NCBI RefSeq assembly: GCF_009914755.1
Contig: NC_060925.1
Length of the DNA stretch: 64,000 bases
Strand: one strand, 5' to 3'
DNA from: the human T2T-CHM13v2.0 reference genome, Homo sapiens
Made by a program: the position numbers and the translations under genes
In this document: piece after piece, positions 25,671 to 38,275 of the stretch
How the letters are laid out: each line of letters starts with the position of its first letter
Numbering within the stretch: position 1 is the first letter of the stretch
Notes under the pieces: model-generated
Databases searched by the model: none
The model's input: the letters and a program-made list of their open reading frames with translations, nothing else
What the model was told of the DNA's origin: nothing

Positions 25671-25858
25671 GTGAGACCCTCGTCTCTACAAAAAAAAATT
25701 AGCCACATGTGGTGGCACACACCTGTAATCCTAGCTCCTCAGAAGGCTGAGGCAGGAGGACAACTTGAGCCCAGGCGTGGAGGCTGCAGTGAGCTATCAT
25801 ACCAAAGCACTCCAGCCTGGGCAACAGAGTAAGATCCTACCCCAAAAATAAAAATTAA
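25671..25858 (+). mobile_element. 5'-truncated AluJ
   Basis: Right arm plus tail; 18-bp TSD aaaaatagcttcagctaa. Confidence 0.92.
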
Positions 25859-26350
25859 AAAAATAGCTTCAGCTAAATATCCAATTTCATTCTTTACAAA
25901 TTCTACCTTCCACAAAACACTAGGAGAGGAACAAAATTCAGCCAAGTTGTTCTTTGCCAGTGTATATAATAGGTCACCTTTCCTTCAGTTTCTAATAACA
26001 TGTTCCTCATTTCCATCTGAGACCTCATCCAAATGGCCTTTACTGTCCATATTTCTATTAGCATTCTGTTCATAACCTATAAGCTATCCTGTAAGAATGC
26101 TGAGGCTTTCTTTATAGCTCTCCTCCTCTCCTGAGCCCTCACCAGAATCACCCTCACTAGCCAATTCACAGCAACTGTAGGCTTTTCTAAATCATGCACT
26201 TCAAAACTATTCCAGGCTCTATTCACTTACCTAGTTCCAAACCTGCTTCGACATTTTAGGTATTTGTTACTATAGCACCCCTACTTCTCAATACCAATTT
26301 TCTGTCTTAGTCTTTCAAGCTGCTACAACAAAATACCACCAACTGGGTGG

Positions 26351-26790
26351 TGTTACACGTGTCTGTGTGAAGAGACCACCAAAAAGGCTTTGTGTGAGCA
26401 ATAAAGCTTTTTAATCACCTGGGTGCAGGCGGACTGAGTCTGAAAAAGGAGTCTGCAAAGGGAGATAGGGGTGGGGCAGTTTTATAGGATTTGGGTAGGC
26501 AGTGGAAAATTACAGTTAAAAGTGGTTCTTTCTTGTGGGCAGGGGCGGGGGTCACTAGGTGCAGGGTGGGAAGATCATGAGACGCATTGTCCAGGGGAGG
26601 AATGTCACAAGGTCGAATTGATTAGTTAGGGTGGGACAGGAACAAATCACAATGGTGAAATGTCACCAGTTAAGGCAGGAACTGGCTGTTTCACTTCTTT
26701 TGTGGTTCTTCAGTTGCTCCAGGCCATCTGGATGTATACATGCAGGTCACAGGGTTTATGATGGCTTAGCTTGGTCTCAGAGGCCTGACA
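26351..26790 (-). mobile_element. HERV-H solo LTR (LTR7C-like)
   Basis: Reverse reads tgtcaggcctctgagaccaagctaagcc...cctataaaac...attaaaaagctttattgctcacacaaagcc...aca; TSD GGTGG. Confidence 0.93.
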
Positions 26791-28454
26791 GGTGGCTTAT
26801 AAACAGTGGAAATATATTTCTCACAGTTCTGGAGGCTGAGAACTCCAAGGTCAAGGCAGATTTGGTGTCTGGTGAGAACCCATTTTCCGGAAATAGATTA
26901 TAGATGGTGCCCTCTCACTATGCTCACATGGTAGAGGGAATAAGGGGTCTCTCTCAAGCCTTTTTTATAAAGGTATTAATCCCATTCATGAGGTCTCCAA
27001 CCTCATGACCTAATCACTTCTCAAAGATCTAGCTTCCTAATACCATTGCCTTAGGGGTTAGGTTTTCAACCTACAAATGGGATTGGGGGACTCAAACTTT
27101 CAGACCATATCACTGTCATTTTACAGAAGAGGAGTGTGAAGTTGAAGGATTTAAGAAACTTCCCAAGGTTATATCACTGACCAGGGCCAGAGCCTGGATT
27201 CCATCCATTTCTAATTCTGACCCCCTATTGAACCATCTATCCTTAGCATTCAGAGAACTGCCCAAAGTATGGAAGAAATAAGCATGGAGGGTATAGAACA
27301 AAGGCTGGAAAAGAGGGAGCTAGTAAATTGGATACACTAATTCACTTTAGATTATAAAGTCCCCTTTCCAGTGGACTCCTGAAGACAATGATGTTTTAAC
27401 TTTCAAATGGTAGATGACCAAGCATTGAGGAGAGCAGCTGGACTGACATTCTGAGGTGAGTAAAAGGTGGGAGACAGTGGGGAGTTGTCTTGGTGGAGAC
27501 ATCATATCAGCCTTTGAGGTCCCACCAAGTAACCGTCTTCTGTCCTTGTCTATCCTAATCCCCTAAGCAGTTTCAGACCCTAAGTCATGAAAAACTTTGC
27601 AACACCTTAAAATACCACATTCTGCTTTCTCTTACATGTGTTGCACCATTATCTCCCTTTGGAGATTTTAAACTTCCTGATGGCTGGGACAGTATCTTAC
27701 ATATCTTTGTTGCTCAATGGTTTGCACTTGGTACCATCTCCGTGTGTCTGCCTGAGTTGAGAATTTTTCCTCAAATAAGTCCCCCTACAGGCAAGGAGAG
27801 TTGTCCTTGATTAGAAAAAACTTTAATGGCTATATTTTGAAGAAGGGTTAAGGGGACTTCTCCTGGGAGGAGTGTAATTGGAAAGATGGAAAGATTATTT
27901 CCAGAACATTAGGGATTGCAGTATTTGAAGAATCAAAGACTGTCTGCTCTGTCAACTCAAGTATGCTCCTTTGCATTTAAAAGCAATGCCATTTACTTAC
28001 AAATTATAGTGGCTTTGATGCAAATGAACCACTCCAGGACAGTTTCCTCTCCCCCAGATTAGCTAAGAAATGCTGGGGAAATTGACCAAGGATGCAGAAT
28101 GCTAAGCCTGACCTAAGGCCTATTAAAATCAAGTTCCTGGTTTAATTATTTATATTGCTGAAATAAGAGGTAATTAGAATCCAGTAAAGTGGCAAGAGGA
28201 GGCCAGCCCAGGATTTTGCTTTTATTTGTATGGATTCTGGGTCTGGATATAGCAGACAGAGCATACTTGGCCCAGATAATGTGGAGAAATTGCTGAGAGC
28301 AGAGGCAGCGTCCTAGGCCAGACCCAACCCAAACTCATAGGAGAATTGCAGTAAATTACTGAACCCCTTTGGCCCTCAGTTTCTCTGTGCAATAGGGAGA
28401 TCCATTCCTGCCCTGTTTATGAGAGAACCAGTGAGGGAATATTAACATAGTGGC

Positions 28455-28665
28455 TAGTATTCATCAATTTACAATTTATAAAGTGTTTTTGCATCCATTA
28501 TCTCATTTGATCTCTACAAGACCCTGTGAAGTAGGAATTTTTATCATCTGCATTTTCAGCAGGAAAACTGGGTCTCTTGGAAGTTAAATTGCCCAAGTCA
28601 CACAATCAATTAGTAATGGTGGCATGCTGCTTCTAACTCCAAATCCCATTAGGCTCTTCTTCTCC
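28455..28665 (-). mobile_element. MIR
   Basis: tatctcatttgatctctacaagaccctgtgaagtagg...gcccaagtcacaca core. Confidence 0.75.
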
Positions 28666-28710
28666 CCTCATAGATAGAATAATGATGAGAAGATAAGACA
28701 TGACTTGTAA

Positions 28711-29415
28711 TGTTACAGTAGGTAGTTAGGCAGACATGAGCAGGGCAGGAGAGGGTGCTCCCTGCCACCAGGAAGGTCAGCCGACCATCAGGTGATGGTC
28801 AGGTTGTTGTCAACTGTCTCTAAAATAATTGGCCACAGCCAGCACAAGGGAAAGGCAGTCTCCCAATAAATAGAAAACACCTGACACTAGTGATCAGCAG
28901 CTGCCTGATAAGATCTCAAGAGTTGGGTGAGTGGGCTCAAGCATGTACAGTAAGAGGCAAAATGGTGGAGTTTAACTGGTATATGACATTTTTCTAGGAA
29001 CACTTGACTGGCAAGGGAAAAACACTCAAGTGAGCATGCACACATCTTCAGTAAACATACTACCCATGCAGCCCCTCCTGAGTGCTGGCAGGCCATTGTG
29101 CATGCAGACAGCCTACCCCAAGGGAAGAATCAGGGGAGAAGAGATGCAATCCCCCGGGAAGCATGCCAACATATAAAACCCCAAGTCAAAACTCAAACCA
29201 CACAGTTGATCTCTCAAGTTGTCCACTTGGCCCTCTTCTGAGTGTACTTTACTTCCTTTCACTCCTGCTCTAAAACTTCTTAACAAACTTTCACTCCTGC
29301 TCTAAAACTTGCCTTGGTCTCTCCCTCTGCCTCATGCCTCTTGGTTGAATTCTTTCTTCTGAAGATGCAAGAATTGAGGTTGTTGCAGACCTGTACAAAT
29401 TCACTGCTGCTAACA
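28711..29415 (+). mobile_element. MER50 ERV1 solo LTR
   Basis: tgttacagtaggtagttaggcagacatgagcagggcagg...gctaaca; TSD GTAA. Confidence 0.9.
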
Positions 29416-29419
29416 GTAA

Positions 29420-29630
29420 TAACAACCCCATATTAACTTTTTAACAGCCAAGCATGGCTCAAAGAGCTATCCATATGCTAATTCATTTATTCTTCCCAAC
29501 AACTCATTGAGGTAGGCATATTTACCAATGAGGAAACTGAGACACAGAGAAGCCAAGATCACACAGTTAATAGGTAGTGAAGCAGAGATTTAAATTTAAA
29601 AAAACTGGTTCTAGAATACACGTTCTTAAG
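29420..29630 (-). mobile_element. MIR
   Basis: atgaggaaactgagacacagagaag core. Confidence 0.75.
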
Positions 29631-29807
29631 CCCTGGTAATTATTTCAATTATTTTACCTATTTCCTATGGCACAGCAGGAGAATGAACAGGGCTTAGTAG
29701 TTACCTGCACAGCACTATTTGAAGGATGAAAGAATATCCGTCTTATCCATCCCCAACCCAGAAAATCTTTCCTATTAACCACCGTGTTATCAGACATTTT
29801 ACCATTA

Positions 29808-30169
<362 letters not shown>

Positions 30170-30194
30170 CTACACCCTGCCCTCCCATCCCCGT

Positions 30195-30612
30195 GTGCAT
30201 GCATACAGAATGAAGTCTAAACTTCTAGCAGCAAGCCTTCCCTGCTCTCATCCCCTCTTTCCTCTTAGCTCCTGCTCCTCTCTGCTTCACACCCTACCTC
30301 AAGACCCATCAAACCTGGGCATGTTCCTCGAAAGGGCTGCCGTCTTTCACATACCACATACAAGTGAGTCTTCACGTTTAGTTCTCTCTTCCTTGTTACC
30401 TGTTGAACACCTATTTATATAAGTTCTTTGCTTCTCTCTTAGTTGACCTTCAGTGCCCCTCCTCCATGCTCCCATAGCAACCTGGGCATTTTCTTTACAT
30501 AGGGCATAAGTGAGCAAGTATACTGAGAGCCAACTGAAGGAAAGGGTTATTTTTGCTCATGTCTGTATTATCCATTTCAGTGCCTGGTACTTAGCAGATA
30601 TTTGATAAAGTT
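30195..30612 (+). mobile_element. L2 fragment
   Basis: cagaatgaagtctaaacttct...cagtgcctggtacttagcagatatttgataaag. Confidence 0.6.
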
Positions 30613-33600
30613 TCCCTAGGCCAATAATAGAGTGTTTATCAACACTCTGTAATAAACCAGATTGTCAGTATGGTTTTTTCCACAATTGAAATAGCTTTAT
30701 AATTTTCCTCCTTATTAAAATAATGCATTCTCTTTGCAAACATATTCTGTTATAACAAGAAAATGTAAGGAAGAAAATAAACATCACCGATCCTATCACC
30801 ACTAGTGATAGCTTCTCCTTTTAGCTAGTTTTCTGTAATTGCAGCTGGCTGAGAAAGAATGGAGCCTAAGACATGTTCATTCATCAGAGCCAAAAGGAAA
30901 TGAGAGACCTAAATCACAGAGCACTGCTGTGGAAAGGCATCCATGAGTTTAACACTCAATGGATATGAGAAAAGCACAAGGTGACTGGTTGCTGAAGAAA
31001 GAGTACCAGGTGGAATAGGACAGCAAAGCTATGGTGACAGAATGAAGAGATTGACTTCTTTGCTGCCTTCAGAGAACAAAACCAATACACAGAGAAAATC
31101 TGCCAGGAAGTCAGCCTTTGATTCAATTTAAACAAGTTCCTAATAATCAGAGAGATCTCTAGGAAGAATATATTGCTCTCTAAGATAGTTAAGCTGCCTG
31201 TCCCCAAAGGTGTTCGAGTAGTTGCCAAGAAATATTCATTCACTTAGTCAATCAGTCAGTCAGTCATTCAGTCAGCATTAATTGAGCACCCATCACTTGT
31301 CAAATGATGTTCTAGGTGCTGGGGAACGAAAGTCAAATGAGGCCCAGTGGTCCTTTTCCTAAAGTGGCCATTCCTCAAGAGCAGGTTGCTACTACTACAG
31401 ATGACAGGGTAGATCAGATGACTTCTGACATTCTTTCTAACTACAGCAACCAGTGAGTCTTACTTCTGAGAAGTCTGGCCCTAGCAAACCTCACAAAAGC
31501 ATTCCAGCTTGAATGTGGGTAGAGGAAAAAAGATGAGAAGATCCCTGGGACATACTTCTCTCCTCCAGGTCCAAGGGGGCCTATTGCTTCTCCTCTATGG
31601 GAGGAGATTACAAGTGTCTGGATTTCCAGTTAGGTTGAGGAAAATCCACTTTTCAAAAGGTTTGGATTTGTACAGTGTTTTACTTAAATAATGAGGGCCA
31701 ACTCAGCTTATGACCAAAGAGTTATTTCATAAAATAATCTGCAGTTGAGTTCTTCAAAACTATAAGCTCCCTTTATGCCTTTACAATTGGATTTGACCTC
31801 ACCAACAAATAATTCTATCAATTTTGAGGAGGTCATCTATTTGAGAAATCAAGGCTCCCATGTTTAATTCCCTGGACCTGCATTTGCTCAGCTTAACCCT
31901 GTCAAACTGGTGTAGCAGCTCTTCCCCTATTCTTGCTGTGGGATCAGGATTCCTTTTCACCATTGTAGCTGACCTGGGACCTCTGCAGACAGACATCCTC
32001 ACAGGAGATCCAGACAGTGGTAAAGAAAAGAGTTACAACCTGGGCAAGCCACTGGACTTTTGGCTGATGAGGACCTTAGGGGCAGATGATGTGGTACTCC
32101 TCCTTGTATGAGTGGGGAATGTCAGGCACATTGTCCCCTGGCAATTGCCCTGATCCAGCCCACTTCCTAGAAACCCAAATGGTACCCCTCCAGTGGTCCT
32201 CTCTGCCCAACTGGCTGGCACTCCTGGTGGCTGTTCCACTCCAACTACTCAGGCTTAGCAGAAATCCTGATTTCAGATAACCCTCCTTTTTCCTTCTTTT
32301 CCAGTCTTTCTTCAATTCCAGAACATATCCACATTACCCTCCCACTCCAAATTTTTGTTTTATTATTTTCTTTCATTAAACTTTTAAGTGTAATTTTAAT
32401 GCTATCCTAAATAATTAGTGTGTATACACAGGCAAACACACAAACACACACACACACACAATAAGGAGGTTTGCTTTAGGGGAAGGATGGCTTGGTCTTC
32501 AAAATTACAATGGCTAGCAGGGAAAATGTCTGTATTTCATTCTAAGGAAGGTCACCTCCCTGTCTATAAGAGAAATTGACTTCTCCTAATGCAGCAAAGA
32601 AAAAGGCAAAAAGTAAGTTGAATTGTTGACATTAAAAAAAAATAGATTGGACATAAATATTCGGCTGCATGTCTGTGAAGGCTCCAGCCAAAGTGGTTTA
32701 ATGATGCTGGCTCAGAGAAGGGCTGGGAGCACTCCAAGACTGGTCAGGGAGACAGTAGAAGCCACCAGAAAAAATGGTAGAAGACACCAGCAGAGGTGGC
32801 ACCTGGGTGGCCCTTACTTGACTGTCAACTTCAGAGCATTTCCCCCAACCTCTGCCATTTTGTTCTGGTTTCCTAGATTAAATGGCCTGGTGGAGTTCTA
32901 CTGGAAGCCCCAGATAGGCAGCTGGTAAGCTGTCTGAGTGTTCTTAGCTTAAGGTAACAGAGGGAAGACTAGAGAGGTATATGAAAAACCTTTGCAATGG
33001 AGATTCTTCTTTTGAAGCTGAGATTTGAATTCTCATCAGGAGAGCAGCCGGATGTGCACATTATTCTCTGCAAGAGTACTAGCTAAAAAGGGTAAGTTGA
33101 GGCTAAAATCCAGGCCTGCCACGGGACTACATTTATTCCAAACAAGCTTCTTTTCTAAGTCCCATAAGGGCACTGAAAGGGTTAGCAACCCCTCCTAAGG
33201 AGCTGCTCTGAGATTATGCTGCTCCTGTCATGCCAACCCTCATGGTCCACAGGCATGTCTCCTGCCCATAAAAAAGGCTGGAAGCAGCAGGAAAAAATAC
33301 CGTCATCACCATGTTCACATCCTCCCCAGCACTCCCTTACTCCTCTCTATAGACAGTGGCTACTTGAGATCGAAGTCTTCCAGGGAGAAAGCATCGGGGC
33401 CTGAGTTGTCTAGAAAATTTGTTTTCTTTTCAGCTGTTGCTGTCCAACTGTGAGCAAGTCACCCAATCTTGTTAAACCTTGGTTTCTTCATTCCTAAAAT
33501 GAAATCAATCCCAGTCCTACCTACCTCCAAGTTTACTGTGACAATTAAATGAAATGGTTCCCCTGCCCTCAATCTAGTTTCCAGAATTCTTAGGAAGCAG

Positions 33601-34824
33601 TGCTAGAGAGAGCTTTGAGAAACAATCAGACCAGCCTCCATCCTGTTCTCTGCCCCATCCTACCCGACTTCAAGCCAGTGATAACTCAATCTTTGCAATG
33701 TGCCAAGACCCTGCTCCTTAAAATGCTGGAGGGTATTTTACCAAAGAAAATGTCCCTAGGGGTTTGCAGGAGTGGCCCTAAGCAGTCACAGGCCCGGGGC
33801 CATTTTCCGTCTCTCAGCAGCATGCATCTAGGAAGTGGAGGGAGAGGAGAGAGGGGAGGAAGGGCTGCCAGAGGATGCTTAAATATACCTGCCTGTCATC
33901 TGCTGCCCTCTGCCCAGGCCATATCCTGAGATGATGTGGGGAAAGGCTGACCTGTCCCCTTAGCAGTGTTCAGAGGCTAGCTCAGATGTTGTTGTCACAA
34001 TGCACATATGGTGGGTCCCTTTGCCCTTCAACCCAGCGCCCCTTGCAGAGCAAATCCCATGGTGAGATCATTATTTGCATCAACCTTCGGCTGCCAGTCT
34101 GGTGCTCCCAAAGCTGTCTATCTAGAAGCCCATGGGACTAAAGATTTAGTAGCCGATCAGGCACCAGGTCTTCCAATTTACAGTTCAGAGAAAAGAAACC
34201 CTATTAATCTGGCACCTTTTATTCCATTGTAAATTCCGGCCATATTTAACTCAGCCGCCATCAAGGTTTCCCTACTATCTGCCAACAGCAGGCCCATAAT
34301 ATAAAGCTTGCCAATTCAAGGAGAAATTAAGATCCTGCTTAGTATTCAAAGGGTGATCCCTTTCACTAGCTTCCTTTCCGAAGTTCCCCAACATATCCAT
34401 TGAGGCAGGGGCAGAACATATCTGATCTAGCTTAGGGAAGCCCTTTTGGTCATGCAGCTGGAGAAAAAGAGGCCTGGTTTCCTTCCACCTTGTAAAAAAC
34501 AAACTCAGCCTGCACTGTCTGTGATGATCAGACAGTCCCTTCCTCTCATAAAGCCTACAGAACAAAAATGACTCTCCAAGGCCTCAGGGCTCACAAGTGG
34601 CAGAGCCAGGGCCAGAGGAGAGAAAAAAAAAAAAAAGAAAAATGTATGTATGTACTTATTTAGTGAGTAACTCCCATGTTCAAGACACTGTTACATATTC
34701 TTTTCTATTAAATACACCCCTGCAAGCCCAGTGTTATTAGCTCCATCTAACAAAGAAGAAACTGAGGCTCAGATCACCCAGCTACTAAGGCTTAGGCCTG
34801 CAATTAGTCTCTGTCTCCAGAGGC

Positions 34825-35378
34825 AATTTATTCAGAGTCAACAAGTATTTTCTGAGAGGCTGTTATGTGTCAGGCACAGTGCTAGAAGAAGGGATTATAG
34901 AGGTGAACATGAGATCTTTGTCTTCTGTTCTAAGGAAAAGAGACAGAAATAAAGAAATAAATGAGAAATGTGTGAGAGTGATGAGTACTCTGCAGAAAAT
35001 GAAAATTGGGTCATGTGATAGAGAGGGGCAACATTAGATTGAATAGTCAGGGAAGGCCACTATGAGGAAGTGCCATTTAAAGAGACATCTAATGGCAAGA
35101 AAAAGCCAGTTCAGACAAAAGGGGAGTAAAGGAGAATGTAAGCAGAAGGAACGGCCCCTGCAAAGAGCCCAAGGTAGAAGTGATGGCGGCTGGCTTCTAT
35201 CTAGGAAACAGGCAGAGGGGCAGCGTGAGGAGACGGAGGAGTGTCAGGTCAGTCCCCAGCAGTAGACAAGGGCCAGAGTAAGGAGTTGAGATTTTATTCC
35301 AAGTGGAATGAGAAATCATTGGAAGGTTTTAAGTGGGAAACTGACGTCATCTTTATGATTTAAAAAGAGCCACTGGCC
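34825..35378 (-). mobile_element. L2 fragment (a MIR precedes it at ~34650-34820)
   Basis: caacaagtattttctgag...gtgtcaggcacagtgctag...cattggaaggttttaag. Confidence 0.75.
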
Positions 35379-37000
35379 CATACGGCTTGGGTGAGAGTGA
35401 TAAGATGTCACTGTTTTCCTGGTTAATAGTTTCTGATAAATTCTCTCAACTGGCCAAGTGAGCCAGCTCTACAGTGTTATCTAAGCCCCTTCCCTGGCTC
35501 CTGAAATACTTACCAGTAAGCTTTCCTTCAGGCAAAGAAAACAATGGTCCTTTAAAAATAAGCACATGAAGAAATGGGAACCCACTGAACCTGAGTCAGC
35601 CCTGACACACAGAAGCAGTTGGCCTGACAGGTTATTCCCAGTTCATGAACCTGAGGTAAGGAGACCCAGGTTGCCATGTATTGATGAGGGGAGGACAGAG
35701 GAAGAGAAACTTAGATCACGAATTGAACCAGGAGTCCTTCAAAATCCAGTAGCCCTAAAAGCCTGCCTGACCACCCAAACTTTAGTGTGTTTGAAAACCA
35801 GCAGTAAGTTGACTAAGTAGCTTCCCATCTCTTGATGGAAACTGGCAGCTGTAAGTTCGGTCTGCAGCTCAAGTCCCTGGTGGGCCACGGAAAGCAAAGT
35901 TCTCCTTCTGTCTCATGGAGCATCCAACCCTCTTCATCTCCTCAAAGGGTTGCTTAGATATGATACCTGGACCACTGGGCCATCTGCTTTAGAACTACAT
36001 GGAGCACTGCTGATTGCCCAGTAGGGCCAGGGAATGTGAATTTGCAAGCATGGCACCATTCTAGTGCTCACCAATATTTGTGGATTGCTGGAAGCCCAGC
36101 TGCAGGTGGAGCTCCTGGTGGAGGAGGCTTCCAGGTATTGCTCAGGTTGACTCCTGCTCCTAACAGTTCACAGCTCCACCCTTTTCGAAACGAGAATTAT
36201 TTGTCCTCAAAAGCCCTGTGAGAAGGTAAGGAGGACTAGGATCCTTTCCTTTCTGGAGGTCACGAAATAGAGAAAAGGGTTTGGTGACTTATGAAAGGCC
36301 ACGTAGCAGGTAGAGAGTAAAACTTGGATTTGAATCAAGTCTTATGAATTCAAACCCTGTGGTATTTCAAACGATAGAAACCATCTGTCCCAGAAACAGG
36401 GAGCAATGCACCCGCTTTACAGCACTGGGAGGAGGCTGTGGGGACCCTGGAGGCAGAGTCGCTGTTTGGAAAGCACCATGCAGAAAAAGAAATGCTGTGT
36501 TCTGAGGAGAACTTAATTGATCTGATTTATCTCAACATGGATAAGGAACTATCAAGCTCCTACCAGTACATGGAGTCCTGGTTCACTGTCCTCTCCCTGA
36601 GGCAGGTTTTAAAAAGTTATAAAAGACTGCATTTTTATCTCTCAACGCCTACCCTGGTAGATTAATCTCTTTCCTGATCACACTGATGCCCTTCCCCCAG
36701 CCCCTTCCCAGCACAGAGAGAGAGGTACTGAAAGTTTTTCTCAATGTGGGGAGGAGGCAAAAGGTAAGAAGATGGGGATTTGGGGTGGAATTTCTGTTTG
36801 TTCCTGAGCCAAGAATGCTTGTCCCACTCTAGGCGCTTCAGGGAAAGGAGTGGAACTAGTTGTAAGGGGCTTCAAAGAAAAATCACAACTGATTGGCAAG
36901 TCTGAATTCTGTCCAACTTGGAGTGAATCTCAGGGGTATTAGTGGGATGTGACAGAGATTTTTAGCTCCTCCTGAGGGCTATCAGTCTAGCCAGACTAAA

Positions 37001-37192
37001 TCAATGATCCTCAAACCCTAAAGTAGATAATAATCACAACGAATTTTGCTTAAAATTCAGATTCCTAGGCCCAACCCCAAAGACTCTGACTCAAGAGGCT
37101 TGGGATGGGAAATGAAAATCTACCCTTTAGCAATGACCCCCCAGATCATTCTAATAAGGTGGTCTACAAGATCATACCTTGAGAACAACTTG
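37001..37192. mobile_element. MER5A-type hAT-Charlie MITE
   Basis: ttaaaattcagattcctaggcccaacccc...ctgactca...ttgagaacaacttg. Confidence 0.7.
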
Positions 37193-38009
37193 ACCACCTG
37201 GACCAGATCCAGGGCTAGGATTCCCAGATACCCTTCCTGGCACAACTTTACCTAGACAGAGAAGGATTACTTCAAGTAGGAGCCTAACAACTCCCACACC
37301 TCCCTTCTGGTCCCAGAGCAGAACTGCTCCTCAGTGATATGATGAGAAGACTTCCTCTTCCCAGCATCTAAATTCCATTTCCTGATTCCTTTCTACCCTG
37401 TGACACTATCCAACTTGACTCCTTTGGTGCCTTGTGAAATGGTTGTCTATGGATTATAGGTTATATAGGAAGAGGAATGAGGCCAGGAGGGAGCAATGGC
37501 CTAGAAAGGTGGAGAAGGTCAGTGTTCTACAAGGACCATGATGAGACTGATGAGGAGGTAGAATGGAGAGATAAAACAGTCCCTGGTGATAGCAGGATCC
37601 AGATGTCTCCACTGAGAGGGTCTGGAATGAACTTCTGTGTGACAAGCAGAGACTCTGAGGCTGTGGAATTAAGCATATCATCCACATGGACATTGAGGTT
37701 GCCCAGGCAATGATAAGAAATGGTTTGCAGAGGAAGACCATAAGCCAGAAGCTGAATACTTCAATGAAGAGATGGCCATGGCCAGCAGATCAGTAGGTGA
37801 CAACAAGCTGTGGGTGTCATAGCCTGGCGAAGGAGCAATGTTGAACAATAATGGTTGAAAGAAGGAATGAATGTGTAGAGAATTTCAACCTGATCTCCAG
37901 GCTGGAGCTGAAGGAAGGGTAGGTGGAAAGAGAAACAAAGAAAGTGAGTAACTTCCAAGGAGAAGGTTGCAAAAGAATTGGTCCTATCAGGTGGAAGCCA
38001 GAAGTCAAT

Positions 38010-38275
38010 TAACACAGTGTTGTACAGTGCTTTAGGAATCAAATAGACCTGAATTCTGGCCTGACTCTGCCAATTTCTAACTGTGCAACCTGGGGCCATT
38101 CAATTCATTCAATTCATCTCCCATTGTCTCATTTTCCTTATCTGTGTGAAATGGAGATAAAAACACTGCCTACCTTATAAGAGTTTCATAAGGGATTGAT
38201 AAATTAACGTATGTGGCTGATTAGCACAGTACCTCACACATATTAATGCCCAATAAGTTAGCTCTTATTTAATGA
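38010..38275 (+). mobile_element. MIR
   Basis: agacctgaattc...tctcattttccttatctgtgtgaaatggagataa. Confidence 0.8.

Larger units (their letters stand above)
23421..27112 (-). mobile_element. Complete MLT1A-type MaLR provirus (3' LTR from 23421, internal region ~24420-26302, 5' LTR 26303-27112) with nested insertions
   Basis: Two related LTRs flank a MaLR internal sequence; perfect TSD CTGTC at 23416-23420 and 27113-27117. Confidence 0.88.

Noticed and set aside
28013-28026. CTTTGATGCAAAT as an OCT4-SOX2 composite site
   Set aside because: The octamer is present, but the SOX half-site spacing is wrong, and isolated octamers are expected by chance.
31799-32315. Cluster of overlapping 60-80 aa ORFs on both strands in unique DNA
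   Set aside because: I recognise no protein family, the frames are short, and there is no poly(A) or TSD signature of a processed pseudogene.
32785-32803. CTCF-like ccagcagaggtggcac
   Set aside because: The spacing does not fit the core motif without a 2-bp gap.
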